In this document: positions 23,841 through 37,800 of the stretch, piece by piece
Layout of the letters: every line of letters begins with the position of its first letter
Position numbering within the stretch: the first letter of the stretch is position 1
Assembly: GCA_008632985.1 (NCBI GenBank)
Contig: QPGO01000049.1
Coordinates: 1-64,000, forward strand
Origin: Psammoneis japonica
Taxonomy: Eukaryota
DNA: 64,000 nt
Reading direction: 5' to 3'
Position numbers and translations under genes: made by a program
Notes under the pieces: model-generated
What the model was told of the DNA's origin: nothing
The model's database searches: none
What the model saw: only the letters and a program-made list of their open reading frames with translations

Positions 23841-26800
23841 CTGATGACACCTTTGTGAAAGACAGAGAGCTGCAGACAAATCTGTGCAATGAGTGGTGAT
23901 GGTGCAGAGGAAGAACGCGGTCTTGCTTGCCAAGAACAGGGGAGTGTGCGGTGTTGTGGCCCCATGTGCACTCGGCGGCAGCGCTGATGATGACTTTGTG
24001 AATGACAGAGAGCTGCAGACAAATTGGGACAGCAAACAGTGATGGTGAAGAGGAAGAAGAGCACGTGTTCATGCATGACTGGCAAACAAAACCTCCTCAC
24101 TCCACATGGCAGGGCAGTGCACAAAGCTCAATTTCCCATCTCTTGGCAGTCAGGGCAACAATGCACTTTTTCTTCATGCAGTGGCTTGCTTTGGGAGTGG
24201 GGCACTGTGCCACATGTCACTTAGATGAGTCAGTTGAAGCACACTGGGCTGTCAAAATCTGTTTGTAAAAAGCCCACTGGAGTCTTCAGAGCCCCCTTCA
24301 GTCAATGCCGCAGCTTCACTCAGACAAGTTGATGTCTTTGGAAAATGAGGCAGGCTTTGGCAGTGCTTTGTCTCTCTGCAGTGGCCAGACTTGCACTGGC
24401 TGGTTTGAGCCCAGGCAAACATTTGTGTGCAGCTCTTGATGCTGCCAAAGGACTTGGCAGGTTGACCTTTTTTGATTTCTTTGTTGCCAAGAAGCAAGAA
24501 GTGTTTCCACAGTGACAAAGAGTTGAGCAGCATGCACAGCACAAACTTTTTGAATTTTGAAGCAGCTGGCACTTTCACTCACCCCATGCACATGTCTGTG
24601 AACCCTTCCTCAGAAACTCAAGACCAACTTTTGCAGATGACATGATGTTGCCATCCTTGGCATCACCCAAGTGGTTGGTGATCACATGACAATGTGTCCA
24701 AAGCTGGCGTGAGGTCAGATTGAAAAGAAAGTGGCACACACCACCACAGCATCGCGAGAGGACTCAGCATGATTGGTGGATGCAAGGAAGTGGAGGACCT
24801 CCCCAAAACTTGCCAAGGGCAGCAACAGCCCAAGACATTTTTCCCAGCAAAGTCAAATGGGGGGGGGGGGGCACACAAGAGCCAACAGAGCTGGCTGCTT
24901 TTGAGAGCTGGCAGTGCACTCCTCCCATGCCCATCATCCCATGGCACCATGGCTCAAAAATGGAAGAAAGTCTCATTTGACCACTCTTTCTCTCATCCCA
25001 GTTGTTGCTGCCTTGCATGCAGGACCTTCACCACTGCTGACAAAAGTCTGACAGTGCCAAGAACTCCCTGTGTTCTCACCTGCCATCATGCTTTTGAAAG
25101 GCAGTGAGGCACTCAGCCTTCAGCCTCTCCTTCTGGATTGAAAGTCTTGACAATGAATCCAGCATGATGTTGGGGATCCATGTGTTGTCACACAATGTGT
25201 TGTTGACAAGCTCAGTGAAAATTTCCACCCACAGCAGGAGCTGATGCAGGCATTGATGATGCAAAAAAGTCTTGCAGAGGCAACAAAATGTGGGCAACCT
25301 GGGGTGTGGGGTGTGGGGCCCTGCAGCTCTGAAAGGAATTGCTCGCTTGTGTGCATCTCCCACAACAATTCATCAGAGAGGTGAAAAAGGCAGTGCAAAT
25401 CACAGGTTGTCATCCCCCCACGCTGAGCCAGTGTGCGCATGGTGGCTTCATTCATTGGGTGGACCCCTCACACATTCAATTGCATGGTTGCTCATTGGTG
25501 TCTCACCCATTTTATTTGTTTGCACATGTCCACATTTGTCCTTCATCTCATTGTTGCCCTCTGACCCAAATGTGTCATTTTTCACATTCTGACTTTAGCT
25601 CAACAATTGACGTCGTGCCTGACGACCGGCACATGTTTGTGGATTTCCCAGCAACTGCATTGGATGTTTTCTTGCTTCATTGCCATTCAGCAACATTTCT
25701 GTCTCCCGATCATAATTTGTGCATTCAATGTGTTCTTGTTGTTTGTTGGCATGTTGCATCACAGTGTGGCAGCAAGAACAGCACTGCAACCACAAACACA
25801 CATGCTGCATTGAGTGAACCGGCTGATGTCAAAAACACTTTGGCTGTCCTGTGATGTTTCTGTGGCAATTTCACCATGTCAACTTTTGCTCACTGTGTTT
25901 TTTCCAAAGTTGACAGTGCAGCCTAATTGCATCACCTTCACCGCCCCATCCCACCCAAGACAAGTCTGTCAAGCCCATTGACTCCACTGATGATTGTTCT
26001 GAAGATGGTGTTTGCAGCATTCTTGATTCTCCTTTGTGCAATGACCCAAGTGTGAGCGCTGCTGTTGGCACACCATTGTCATCTGCAGAGAAAGCATGTG
26101 CCCACCTTGGGTGCTCCATTGGGTGCTCTCTTGCCTGTGCAGATGTTGAAGGTAAAAAGGAAGCATCATCCAACATCTCCTTCAGCCTGCAGTTTCACTG
26201 ATGGCAGCACTGAAGAATCCTCTGACAACAATGAAGATTCCATTGATTCTGCAGATTCTGGCAGCACGGAATTGCTGCTGGAGGTCACCCCTCTTGCAAA
26301 TGATGAGTCAGTGGAAGATTTGTTTGATGATGGCAGTTGCACTGACAATGATGATGATGATGACAATGACAAAACCAAAACTGACTCTGTGACTGCCAGA
26401 AAAACTGGCTCAGTGAAAAAATGTGGTGCACCATTGCTGACTCTTCTTCTGTTGTCCAGCTGCATGAAGAGTTGCTGATGTCCTTTTTCCCTTTTTTAAG
26501 TCATTGAGAATGATGACAATGCAATTGTGCTCACAAGCGGCAATGGCCAATGTTGCATTGCCAAACATTGATTCAAGAGGACAAAGGAAACACAACGGGC
26601 AAGGAGGGCCTTCCTTGCCAGTCTCAAGTGGAGGCCCACTCCTGACTTTCCTGTGCTGCCACATTTGTGGCACAATCCCAAGAATGGATTGTGCCACTTT
26701 TTTGAGTGCAAGTTGTCGCTTTCAATGACATCATGGGTCAATCTCTTTGATGCAAATGCAGCTTCCATTGCATTTGAAGCTGTGGTTGGACATGCCAGTT

Positions 26801-29800
26801 GGAAAGGAAGAATGGGAAGGCCACTGGGCGGTTTGTTCTGCAGTGTCAGAAAATTGCAGAGGCCTTCAACAGCCTGGGGTGCTGTGGCAAGAACCTGATT
26901 GCCACGGTGGATTTCATGTGCCAGATTGTCAAGTCCAAAAGTCTCTGCAGCTGCTCAGCATTCCTGCAGAAGAGCACCTTCATTGCCACAGCCAATTTCA
27001 TGGCACAGACTCAGAGCATTGCCCTGCATCCACATTGGAGACTCTTTTCCTCCCTCATGTCAAGTTCAAAAAGGCAGCACATGCTCCTGGTGCAAATTGG
27101 TCTTTTCTCAGTGCTCAAAACCAAAGATGTTTGTGCTTGCAGCAAACAATCTCCTGCAAGCAGTCAATGCCGACACAAAAGTTAAATCTGGCAATGTGCT
27201 GAAGAACATGCTGAAGACAGGCCCAGGTGCAATCAAGGACCTTGTCTCTGACAAGGCTTGTGATAAAAAAAACAGCCCTTCATTCTGATCAAGTGGAAGA
27301 GCAGATGTGCAACACATTTTTGAAGAACTGCAAGAACCCCAACTGCCAGAAAATGAAGAATTTGGCAATTGTTCACTTGAGGGTTCATGACTTGATGTGC
27401 AAGGGCCTCAAGCCAAAGCAGAAAGAAAATTTGACCTCTTTCATGTGGATTGGTCTGCCTGGGATGGGCCAGAAGCAGAGTGGTTCTGGATCTGCCAAAG
27501 GCCAGCATTTTTCTGACTGTGCCAGTGCCTGATTGCAGTTCTGTTTTCAAAATGTGTTGCATTGTTGTTGTTTTTCGAAATTGGGATCTCTTGCTCCCTC
27601 CAAAAGAAAGAAGGGCATGGAACCCCCCGGCACTCTCAGGATCTCTCCAGCTGTCCCAATGCCAAGTTCTCCCCCCCTCCCCCATGTGTCAACTTGTGCA
27701 TGACCTGGATGACAATGACAATGATGTGTCTATTGCTGACCACAATTCCAGCCCCGGACTTGAAGTCCTTTTTTCATGACAACTCCAAAGTCTGTTTCTT
27801 TGGACCACTGGGAAAGTCATTTCCCACCACAGCACAAATGTCCCATCTCCAGCTTGCAAGAAATTGCCAAGGTCACTCCTCATGTTCATGTGTTTTGCAA
27901 TGGGGTGGACAAAGATGGTAATGTCAACAGGGGTCCAAATGACCATGAGCTCCTTCTGTGTCACTTCCCATTTAATTTCCACTTTCTTTCAAACCTCTGC
28001 ATGTAAAAACATTCCTTTGAGTCAGCCAGGCCTCTCCCCAATCCAATGTGACATTTTTGTGAGTTGAGCGCAGTCCCTCCCCACACAACAAAGATTTCAG
28101 CTGGTCAAACCATGCTCTGTTCTGATGACCAGCTGTTTGCAAAACATTTTCCTGGGCTCAAAGTCCATTTTGGCACATTGGCACATTTTGTTTTGGAGCA
28201 TGGCAACAGCAATGAGAAACATGATGAACAATGTCCTGGAGGGCCGGTGCACAATGATTGTTGAATCAACTTTGGTTGTTGTGGACAGAGCTGGGTGCAT
28301 TGTTGGAGCTGATGGTGAACCAGAGCTGTCTCCTTTGTGTGGCTTTGACAAATTTGATGTGGGCAATGACAAAGAATTCTTTCTCAAAGCAAAGGCCATG
28401 TGGGCTGATGCCTTTGATTGCATGCAGTGCTGCCAAGATGAGTTGTGCCTCAAACCTTTTGATCTGCCACCTTTCCACAACAACAAGGAGTGGACTAAAA
28501 AGTTTGGCCAACAAGCATGGGAGGAACTTGGTGCTGAATGTGCTGGCAACAAGAATTGCATGATCCGGCTAAAAAACATGAGGTGAGGTGGCAGGACATG
28601 TGAACACAAGAACAAGCAGGGCTGCTGCTGCAACACTGGATGTCTTGCTTGTTTTGGAAGGACAAGGTTGGAGACATTTGGTCATTGAAAATGTTGTTGA
28701 ATGGCTGTGGCAAGGCAGAAAATTGCTGCATTGACAAATTCAGAATGAGAGACCTTGAGGCAAGGGTTGGTGTTTTTGCTCATGCCATCAACCGTGATTG
28801 CAGCCGGTTCATCAGGAAACACTCTGGTCTAATTCATCTCTGCAAGGGTGATCTTTCCTGTTGCCACCCAGAAAAGCTGCGCATGGGAGTCAGTCTCCTT
28901 GCAATTGAAGGGCAACACAATGCAGGACACCATGGTGTTCCCCACTTCAGTCATGAAAGAATCTTTGGCTTTCTCTGGCCAAGACCCCCATGTGCAACAT
29001 TTGTGAGGACTTGAGTGTTTGTGGCTGTGTGCAGCTGGCAATCATGGCAAGCTGTCAGACTGGCTTTAACTGGTTCTTCTGCATCTGCACCAAGCACTCA
29101 GACAAGTTGCACAACTCTCCAGAAACTGCCGCTCTTGTTTGTTTCCATGACATGCCATCAAACTTTTTGGAACAGCTGCTGGGGACATTGGAATGACCCC
29201 TCATTGTATGAACCCAAGCAGACTGCAATGATGTCCATGATGATGGTTGTTCTGTGGGGAATGGCAAGAAACAACATCGCACTGCCAATGATGAATCCAG
29301 CAATGTTTCTCCGGGAAAGAGGAGACAAATCAAAACACCAAACAAAAGGAGGATTGCCAACAGGTGGCATCAAGTGAAGAACCAGAAAACTTGGTTGTGA
29401 ACCAAGCAATGGAATGACATCAGATGTCATTGCCCTGCTGGAGTGGACTGATGCAAGAACAGGCACTCAAAACTTCCATCATTTCCCAGTTGAAAAAGAG
29501 ATTCACAAAATGTGTGCTGGTTGGTCTCATGAAACCAACATCAACAAATTCTGGGTGATGCTCATCACACAAATGCTCATTGGATGCAGCACAATCATTT
29601 TGGGACACAAAGATCTGTGGGACTTGGTTCATCCTGTGGTGAACCTTGGCGCAGCAATGCAACTTGCTCACCTGACAAATGATGAAAGGGCAGAAGCATT
29701 GGAGATTCTTGCACAAAATTTTGGCATCACCCATCACAGAGACAATTGCAAGGAGCAAGTGCATCACCTGTGAAAGCCACAGAAAAAGAGTTGAAGATTT

Positions 29801-32329
29801 GATGAAGAAGCATTTTGTCAAGAACCAACATCTCTTTTCCCCAGCGGGCCTGGACGGCATTCCTGGCATCAAACAACATGGTGCACACTGCTGGGAGAAG
29901 ATGCTGACTCTGTTAGAAGCACCTGCTGATGGACCCAGGGTGGACAAAGAAATGGATCTTGCCACCAATTCAACACATGACAGAGACAAAACCAATGGCA
30001 CCAATGTTGAGGCCAGCGGGATTGGGGACAATCCCATGGATGATTGCAGCACCAATGTTGAGGCAACTTGCATTGGGGACACTGATGTGGATGCCCATGG
30101 TGCCAATGTTGAGGCAAGCAGGAATGCTGACACTCCTGCAGATGATTTCAGTGCTGATGTTGAGGCCAGTGGGATTGGGGGCAATCTTGCAGATGATTTC
30201 ATTTTGGATGGTGCAGCAACGCAGGAAGGAGGAGAGCACCACACAATCCAATGTGAGCAATGATGACACACAGTTTGCTGATCCTGCCTCCAATGACAAT
30301 GCTGTTGACATTTCTGCCTGGGAGGTGCAAAACCAAGGAGAGTTGGTTTTGGCAAGTGAAGCAATTGTTCAACCACCATCCAGGACTGAGGTCAAGGCAC
30401 TTTTCTTGTGCATGACACAGACCAAAGACATCAACACAGTGTCACACCACAATGTGCTTGACAACACCAATGGACATTTGGTTCACTGCAATGCAAAGAT
30501 GTGTGTTCCTTTGCATCCAGGCTGCCAGCATGTCAGCAATTGTTGTGCAGCTGCAACCACTCTGGAATCAAAGATTGTAAATTTTGCATGGTGTCTCTCA
30601 GCAACAGTCATGAAGAATGACACCCAAACTGCAACATGTGCAGCCCAAACTTCCGAGATGAAATGCTGAGCAAGTTTGGCAGCAATTTTGCAGAAATTGA
30701 CATGGACTTTTTCTGGCTACAAAAGGGTTGGTTGAGTGACAAGTTCAGCAAAATGTTCTTCAGCAAGATGACACTGGATCTGGCAGTGGCAATGAAAGAA
30801 GGTGGAGCCTTCTTTGTGTTAACATTGGGACGTTTCTCGGTCATGTGGAACACAAAAACAGAACACAGGAAGTGCTCAAGTCAAGGTGCTGTTCCCACAT
30901 CTGGAAACAAAAGTTTTGCTTCATGAGCCATGCTGTCATGGTCACTTGGATGAACATTTGTGCCACAAGAAACTGGGGCTGAGCTGCTGACGACAGATGG
31001 AAAAGTGCCTCACTGGTGTCTTGCACCAGGAAATCAGGGAGTTTGCTCCAGAAAGCCCAAAAATGAAGCATGGACTAGATTGAGGAATGAGCCCCAGCAG
31101 GTTGATGTTTGTCAATGGATTTGTTTTTTTAGGAAGAGGCAAGACAAGCAACAACCATCATTGGTGTCTTTCTCAGCTGGACACAAAAATGAGCAATCCA
31201 ACCATTTTATGAGATTCTTGGATGCTGGTCCCAACAGGAGCAGACAAGACACATGATGGTGTGATGAACAGTCATTCAAATTTGTCCAACCACCTTGCAT
31301 GTCAAGATCAACCTTTGTTGTGCGTCACTTTTTTTTGCCCAATTGTTTCCTGAACTCACTCCAAAATGAAGTGCCTTTTTGTTCACCATGTCAGACAATG
31401 TGGATTTCTCTCTGAGGTTTCCCAATCTGCAACAGGATTGCACTCTTGCCCAGCCAATGGAGGTGAGGCAAAAACCACAGGGTGATGAGTGGTGTGCTCA
31501 TCTTGCTGCAAAGAATATCATTTGTCACCTCGGCAATTTTGGAACAACTCAAGATAAAATTGATGCTCTTTTGCCCCACGAGGGAAACTGTGCCAATTGT
31601 TGTCATGATGTTGGGCAGAACCAACAATGTGCAGTTCCTGCGTTGGACTTGCAGACTGACTGGGAAACTGCATTTGGGGAGATGTTCCCAGTGCACAAGC
31701 CATCACAATTTGTCACTGTTGTTTCATCAATGCCCACTTTTTCAAGAAAGTGGAAGGATGGCACACAGAGCTTGACATCAAAAACACTTCTTTTTGAAGA
31801 GAGGATGGACCCATGCACTTTCAAAGCCAAGGCCCCTTCAACATTGTTGACGTGCCAATGGCAGACAGGAAGTTGCAACAAAAGAATGGATTGCTGACAA
31901 AGAGATGCAATCTGCACATGACTTGCAGAGAGGCTCCCATTTCTGGTGCACCAGTTGTTGTCTGGCAACTTTTGTGGGGCTTGGGTGCATCCAGAGATGC
32001 ACAAGCAGCTGTGTGTTGTTGACAACTTGCCACCAATTGTGCCCAAGGAATCCACAATTTCATTGGGAAAAAAGGTTGTGGGAGCACCCATGTCAATTCT
32101 GATGGATGGAAATCATTTGCAATTTGTCACTGACTGTCATTAAAAGGAAAACACAATGCATTCAGGCACGGTTTGTGTTCATTGGAGCAAGAAGTGAGAT
32201 GCAAAGAAACCTCTGCTCCTTGATGCAACATCATCATGCAGCTGCATGTCTGACCAACAGTTCTTCACATGTTGTGCAGGAGCTGTCTGGTCTGCACCCA
32301 AAAGCTGCACTTGTGTGCACCATTGGACT

Positions 32330-34800
32330 TTCCTGCCTCTTGTGCCATCATGTCTCTTGTCCACTTGACAAAGACCTCTGCCCACTTGATTCTGGGTTGA
32401 ACTGCAATGACTGTGTGCTCTTTCCAAGAGTTGGGTGACAAAATCTGAGGGAGGAACTGGGTCTGCATTGTGTTTTGTCTGGAAACACAGGAGGCCACTC
32501 TTTGTGCAGGAGATGGGAATGTGTTGCATCGACGGATTGCTGCTGCTCTGAAATTCTTTTGTCGGCAATGTGTGAACAGCCTGGTGTTGCCATGGGTTGA
32601 CTCACACACTGTTGCCAGCTTGCAATTGACAGAATGAACAATGGCCTTCACATCACCAGTTTTGTCCTTGTAAATCCCAATGACTCTCACAGGGCATGTG
32701 TCATTGGAGCTGTTGTCCATGTTCAAGTCAACAGCAGCAGCTCAATCACGCCAGGATCTCTCCTTGGAGTGGTGCTGTGGGTGGGCATGGGGTGCAAAAA
32801 CCAATGTGGGTTGTTGAGGTCTTCCATGATGTTGGCAGATTTGGGTGTGGGCAAATCAACCCTTTTCTTTGTGATGGTCTTTCTCAACCTGCCATTGACA
32901 CACTTCTCAACATCAGTCTTGACCTCTTTGTCAATTGGGCCTTCGCACCTGTCCTGTGGGATGGGACACACAAGGGATTTGATGCATTTGTGGGAGGGGC
33001 ATGAGACAGATTGCTTGCCATTGACAGCCTTCAAAATTGTCCATGATTCAACAAATGGCTGGTCCATCTGGAGATTGTCAAAGTTGTCTTGCTTGCCATT
33101 GACAGCTTTCAAAATCTCCCATGATTCAATGAATCGCTGGTCCATCTGGAGATTGTCAAAGTTGTCTTGCAACAAAAACCCAAAGCCGAGCAGCTTGAGG
33201 TTCTTGATGACAAATTGGGTCATCAAAGGTTTTCTGTCAAATGTGTCACTGGCATTGTGGTCTGCAGCACAACACAAATCTTTCCTGAAAGGAAAGGTGC
33301 TGGGAGGCAATGCTGGGTTGTTTTTTGAACAGCTTCCTTGGGAGCACCAGCAGCCGACATGTTGGATGGTCTTTTCCTTTTCTGTCCATGCCGGTTAGAA
33401 GCCACTTGACTGGACTGCTTTTTCCCAAAAGCAGTGTTGTCCAATTGGTTGCCATTGGCTGCAGCACTCTGCTTTTCCTTTTGTGACAGCCAGACAGATG
33501 AGGCAGATGGAAAGGCAGCGCATTTCTTTGTTTGTTGTTGGCAAGCCTTTTGCACAATCTCACAAGTGCCTCTGAATTGCATTGCCACAGTGAGGCAAAA
33601 CAAGGTTCCCATCTTTTCTGTGTGGGTCATGAAGGTCATTCTGGTGAAACCAAAGATCAAACAGTCTTTTGGACAGTTCCCACATGTGGTCAACCTGGTG
33701 GACCCCACTGCTGCCACCAACTCCTTTTCAAACTTTTCTTTTTTCCTTTGGCATCAAACCACAACACATGACAGTGGCTGCATTCTCTCCACCTCTGGCC
33801 TCCCAAGAGCGCAGGTGATTGTCAGCAATGGCAGCGAACACACCCCACAGGTTGCCCCCAAAGTCAACACCATCAACCACACATTTGTCAAAGAGTGCAT
33901 TGTGTGCAGTCTGGCAAGCAGGGCTGCGGCTGGCTTCTGCTGCCATTTCAGGAAATCTTCCATTCATCCATTGGCTGTGATTCTGTCGGAGGAGGCACCA
34001 TGACAAACAAGGGTCATTTTGTTCAGGCACGACACCATCTTTGCATTCATTGGAGTGCAAGACAGTCTGTTTCCTTTTGTGGGGAGGAACATGCTAGAAG
34101 TGCTCATTGACAAACACATGCACAGTTGGCGGACCCAACCCATGCCACCTCCATTGGTTGCTTTAAAACCACATGTGCAGTCCTGTGATTTCTGGTCTCC
34201 AAAAATTGGAGCCTGCATGAGAGTGTGCACCAGACAATGTCACCACCCAAATTTACCATCATCCTGGGTGGGTGCTTCTAAAGATGCTTCAAATCCTCCA
34301 ATGAAAAAGAAAGCATGTCATGGTGCACTTGCATGTTGGTGGATGAACCACATGGTGCTGAGTCATCCTTGAGGGAGTTGCCATTTTTCTTGGTGCAACC
34401 AGACAAACCACCTTTGTCTGTGTTTGGCATGAAACCCAAATGATGCCAGGAGAAAGAGTGTTTGCAAGCTTTTCCTCTTCATGATGAGGACACAGAACAG
34501 CCAGGGTTCAAGCAGACATCATTGGCAGGTGTCAGTTCCCATTTGGTCTGCATGCAAGCCTGTTGGAAGAAGGAGGTCTTTTCTGGATCAAAATCTTTGG
34601 GAAGAGCATTGCTTGTGCTGTCAGAGCACCATTTGTTGCCAACTGTTCCTCTGAGGTCACAGTCATCCAAGGGAACAAACTTGCAGAACTGTTCCTGCAT
34701 TGATTGGTTGACATTGAGATTGTGATGATCTTCAAAAAGAGAGTGGGCAAGCAAGTCCCTCAACATGTCCTGCATTCAGAAACGGGTGAGTTGGCACCCA
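32330..34800 (-). pseudogene. Fossil Plavaka-like (CACTA-related) transposase
   Basis: Minus-strand fragments LRDLL..LFED..NLNVN, GLHADQMGTDTCQ*CLLEPWLF, DFGGNLWGVFAA, FHLPHL...KLFKKQPS and KWAEVF resemble motifs I recall from diatom and fungal Plavaka-like transposases. Many stops and frameshifts. Confidence 0.55.
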
Positions 34801-37800
34801 CAAATGATGCGTGCATCTGGCTTTGGCATGTGCGCCTTCTTCCAGAGGTTTTTTAGAGCAACCTTTTGCACCAAAGAGCCTTGGATGCATCAAACTTCTT
34901 TTTTTACAGAGATGTTGCAGCAAAGTGAGCAGTGAATCATAAAATCCTCCAGTGGCACAGGAATTGTCACACAGTGTGATCAGCTGAAGAGAAGCTTCCT
35001 CATCCAACATGAAGCTGCAACCAAGCAGAAGGGATGACTGTTCCTTGCATTGGGGGTTCTGCCAGCACAACATGCTCTTCATTGATGCCACAATCATTGG
35101 CAGAGTTGGTGCCAGGAAACATCTTGAAAAGAGACAGCTCGCCCTTGTCATCTCCATCAAGATGAGATCCATTGGTGCAGTCCCATGTGGAGTCATTGTC
35201 TTGTTCATTGGAAGCACCATTCTCAAAATCCAAATCAGTGGAAGTGAACTCCACATTGCATGCTGCTGTTGCACCAGGAGATGACAGGGAGGAAACAGTG
35301 GAAGAGCTGGTGGGGGAACTAATTTTGGAGCTGTCAACAGTGTTTCCGGATGTGCCAGAAGAGTTTGAGCAAGATTGGCAGGAGGACATCAACAACAAGA
35401 ACTCCTCATCCCATTGTTGACAAATGAGAAAAACAGTGGCTTGGGACAATGTGCCAAAATCACCAGCCGCAATGTTGAAACAACCAATTTGGTTGGGCTT
35501 GCAATGGCAACAGTGGGAACAAACCATGCACAAGGATCAAACTGCAGGGGGGGGGGTGCCAACTGAGATTGACGCAAACAAAGGGAAAACACTTGGAAGC
35601 AAGCAAACTGATTGATTTGAAATTAGATTGTTGAGCAGGCATGGGAGCTGATTGAGAATGCACATGCTTTGCAGCTGTGCAGGCACAAATGTCGGAAAAC
35701 TGGAAATGGAATTTGAAAATTTGGACATTCAAACATCCAGTCACAGGCAATTGCATTGTTTTTGAAACTTGGGTGAGTGAATTTGAGTTGCACAAGTGAA
35801 CATCTGAGAATGAACAAAATCAAGGAGAATCTAATTTGTGGATTAGAATGTTTGCAAATGCAGGGAAATCTAGATTGCAGTGGCAAACAGCCGGGCAGAG
35901 CAATGTGCGCATGACCTGAAGCTGAGCGGAGCACTTGGAAAACAAAGCACACAATGAATGTTGTGAAGACATGGCAACCACAGTGCAGAGGCAGATCAGT
36001 CCAGTTGAGTGAATGGACAATGATGAAAAGGTGGGCAGAGACACAGTCAAGGTGAGAGAGCATGTCAAAGAAAAGGTTTTTCTCAGGCTTCACATTTGTG
36101 TTTGATGTGAGGCATTCAGAGGAAACCGGCATGCTGTGCAGAGACTGCACTTGGAAATGTGGACCAACGCTGATGAACAGAGTGCCAACAGAGCTGCCAG
36201 AGGTGAAACAGAAGACATGCCTGCACCCCCTGTGGATGAAAATGAAACAAAACAGGTCATGCCAGGATTGGCCAGTGATTGATCAATCCAATGCATGTCA
36301 GGCCCAGCAAGACAAGCTTCGCTGCAAATGCTGTCACCGAGGATTGTTGCAAATGAGGGGAGAACAAACTGATGTTGGGATTGTGTTGTTGCTGATGATG
36401 CAGTGCTTTGTGCATGCTGCAACAAGAACAATTGCATCTTGCCTTTGCCGAAACAATTCCAGGATTGATTGTTGAGTCCAACATTGCAGATGGTGTTCAA
36501 CAACTGCTTGTTGCAACCAGTCATGGGAGATGTTCATCAGAAGAAGAGCCTCTCCAACAACACAAGGTTGAGCACATTGTGTGCCAAGGCATTTGCTCAC
36601 ATGCTCCTGAAGAACAATGTCATTGCATGGTGTGCTGAGCACAAGAGCAACAACAAGGACAGTCCTTGTTTGATGTCAGACCGTGATGTGGAGGTCAACA
36701 ACCAAGGAAACCCCACCAGAAGGGAAGACTTGTGTGAGACTGTGATGCCGGATGTCACCGTTGCTGAGCCAGAGAATGCAAATGGATCAAGCTCATTCAC
36801 CATTTTGGAAAAAGACCCTGAAGAGCCCACAGAGCAAGGTGCTGTCTCAAGAAAATGGCAAACAAGTTCAAGGAGGCACAGGAAAAGTCCCTCCTTGAGA
36901 GCCACAACAAATGCATCAAGAAGGTGAGAATGGAACAAACAACACAAGAGCAATTGTCCATTTTGACAGAGGTCACAACCAAGCCAGAGAGCAACAAGAA
37001 CCTGCCAGACAAGGAGGGCAGCACCAAGGAGAGAACGTGCATGAAACACCTGAAGCACTTCACAGCAGGAAACTCCAGGAATGGAGCAGAAGAAGGTGCA
37101 CCCAGGAGATGATGCAAGACACCCAGAAAGTCCAAAGGATGGTCACCAAGGGCAAACAAGATCTTCAAGCAACTGGCAAGGGAAATCAAACAAGACATTG
37201 CAGGCAAACAACTGGGCCAATGGGAGCATTTGCACAGGCTGAGCACAACAAAAAAGAAGAGGAAGAGAACAATGAGTCAGGGGATGAGGGCAACCACATG
37301 GTGAACTGTGCCAAGACATGTGAGCTAGAGTTGATGCCAGTTTGGCAGATGACACATAAAAAGCAGCACTCATGATGATGTTGCAAATGACACTGCAGAG
37401 CAAATCTAAATTGAACAACTGGGTTTCTTGGCACCAATTGGCAAGCAAACAGGAAGGATGCATCACAAATTGGCCAGTTGCAAAACCAGTCACCCAATCC
37501 ACTGTCAGTCAGTTGTTTACATTCATCAAATGGAATGTCATGCTTGAGTCAACTTTTTGCATTGCAACAAACTTGTTGGTTTGCACACTCTTGACTCAAA
37601 ACCACGGACATTTGTTGGAGGTGTGGGACATTCATTTGTTTTCAAATCACACCCATTTGTCACAAGTGGGTGGGATTTGTGACAAATCTGACTCATTTGG
37701 CAATGAACAGATCAATGTTTTGTCATTGCTTGAGCACCAGGAAAGTTTTTTCTCCATTTGCCAAAAGCAAGCCTGCCACTGCTTTCTCAAACTTCACTGC

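Noticed and set aside
28100..30670. Decayed ORF(s) with CxxC and ~57-bp repeats, possibly a MULE/SWIM-type gene
   Set aside because: Looks formerly coding, but no motif was recognised well enough to name it.
33011..33170. 78-bp tandem duplication (and a ~39-bp one near 43375-43448)
   Set aside because: Real, but ordinary local duplications within decayed TE sequence.
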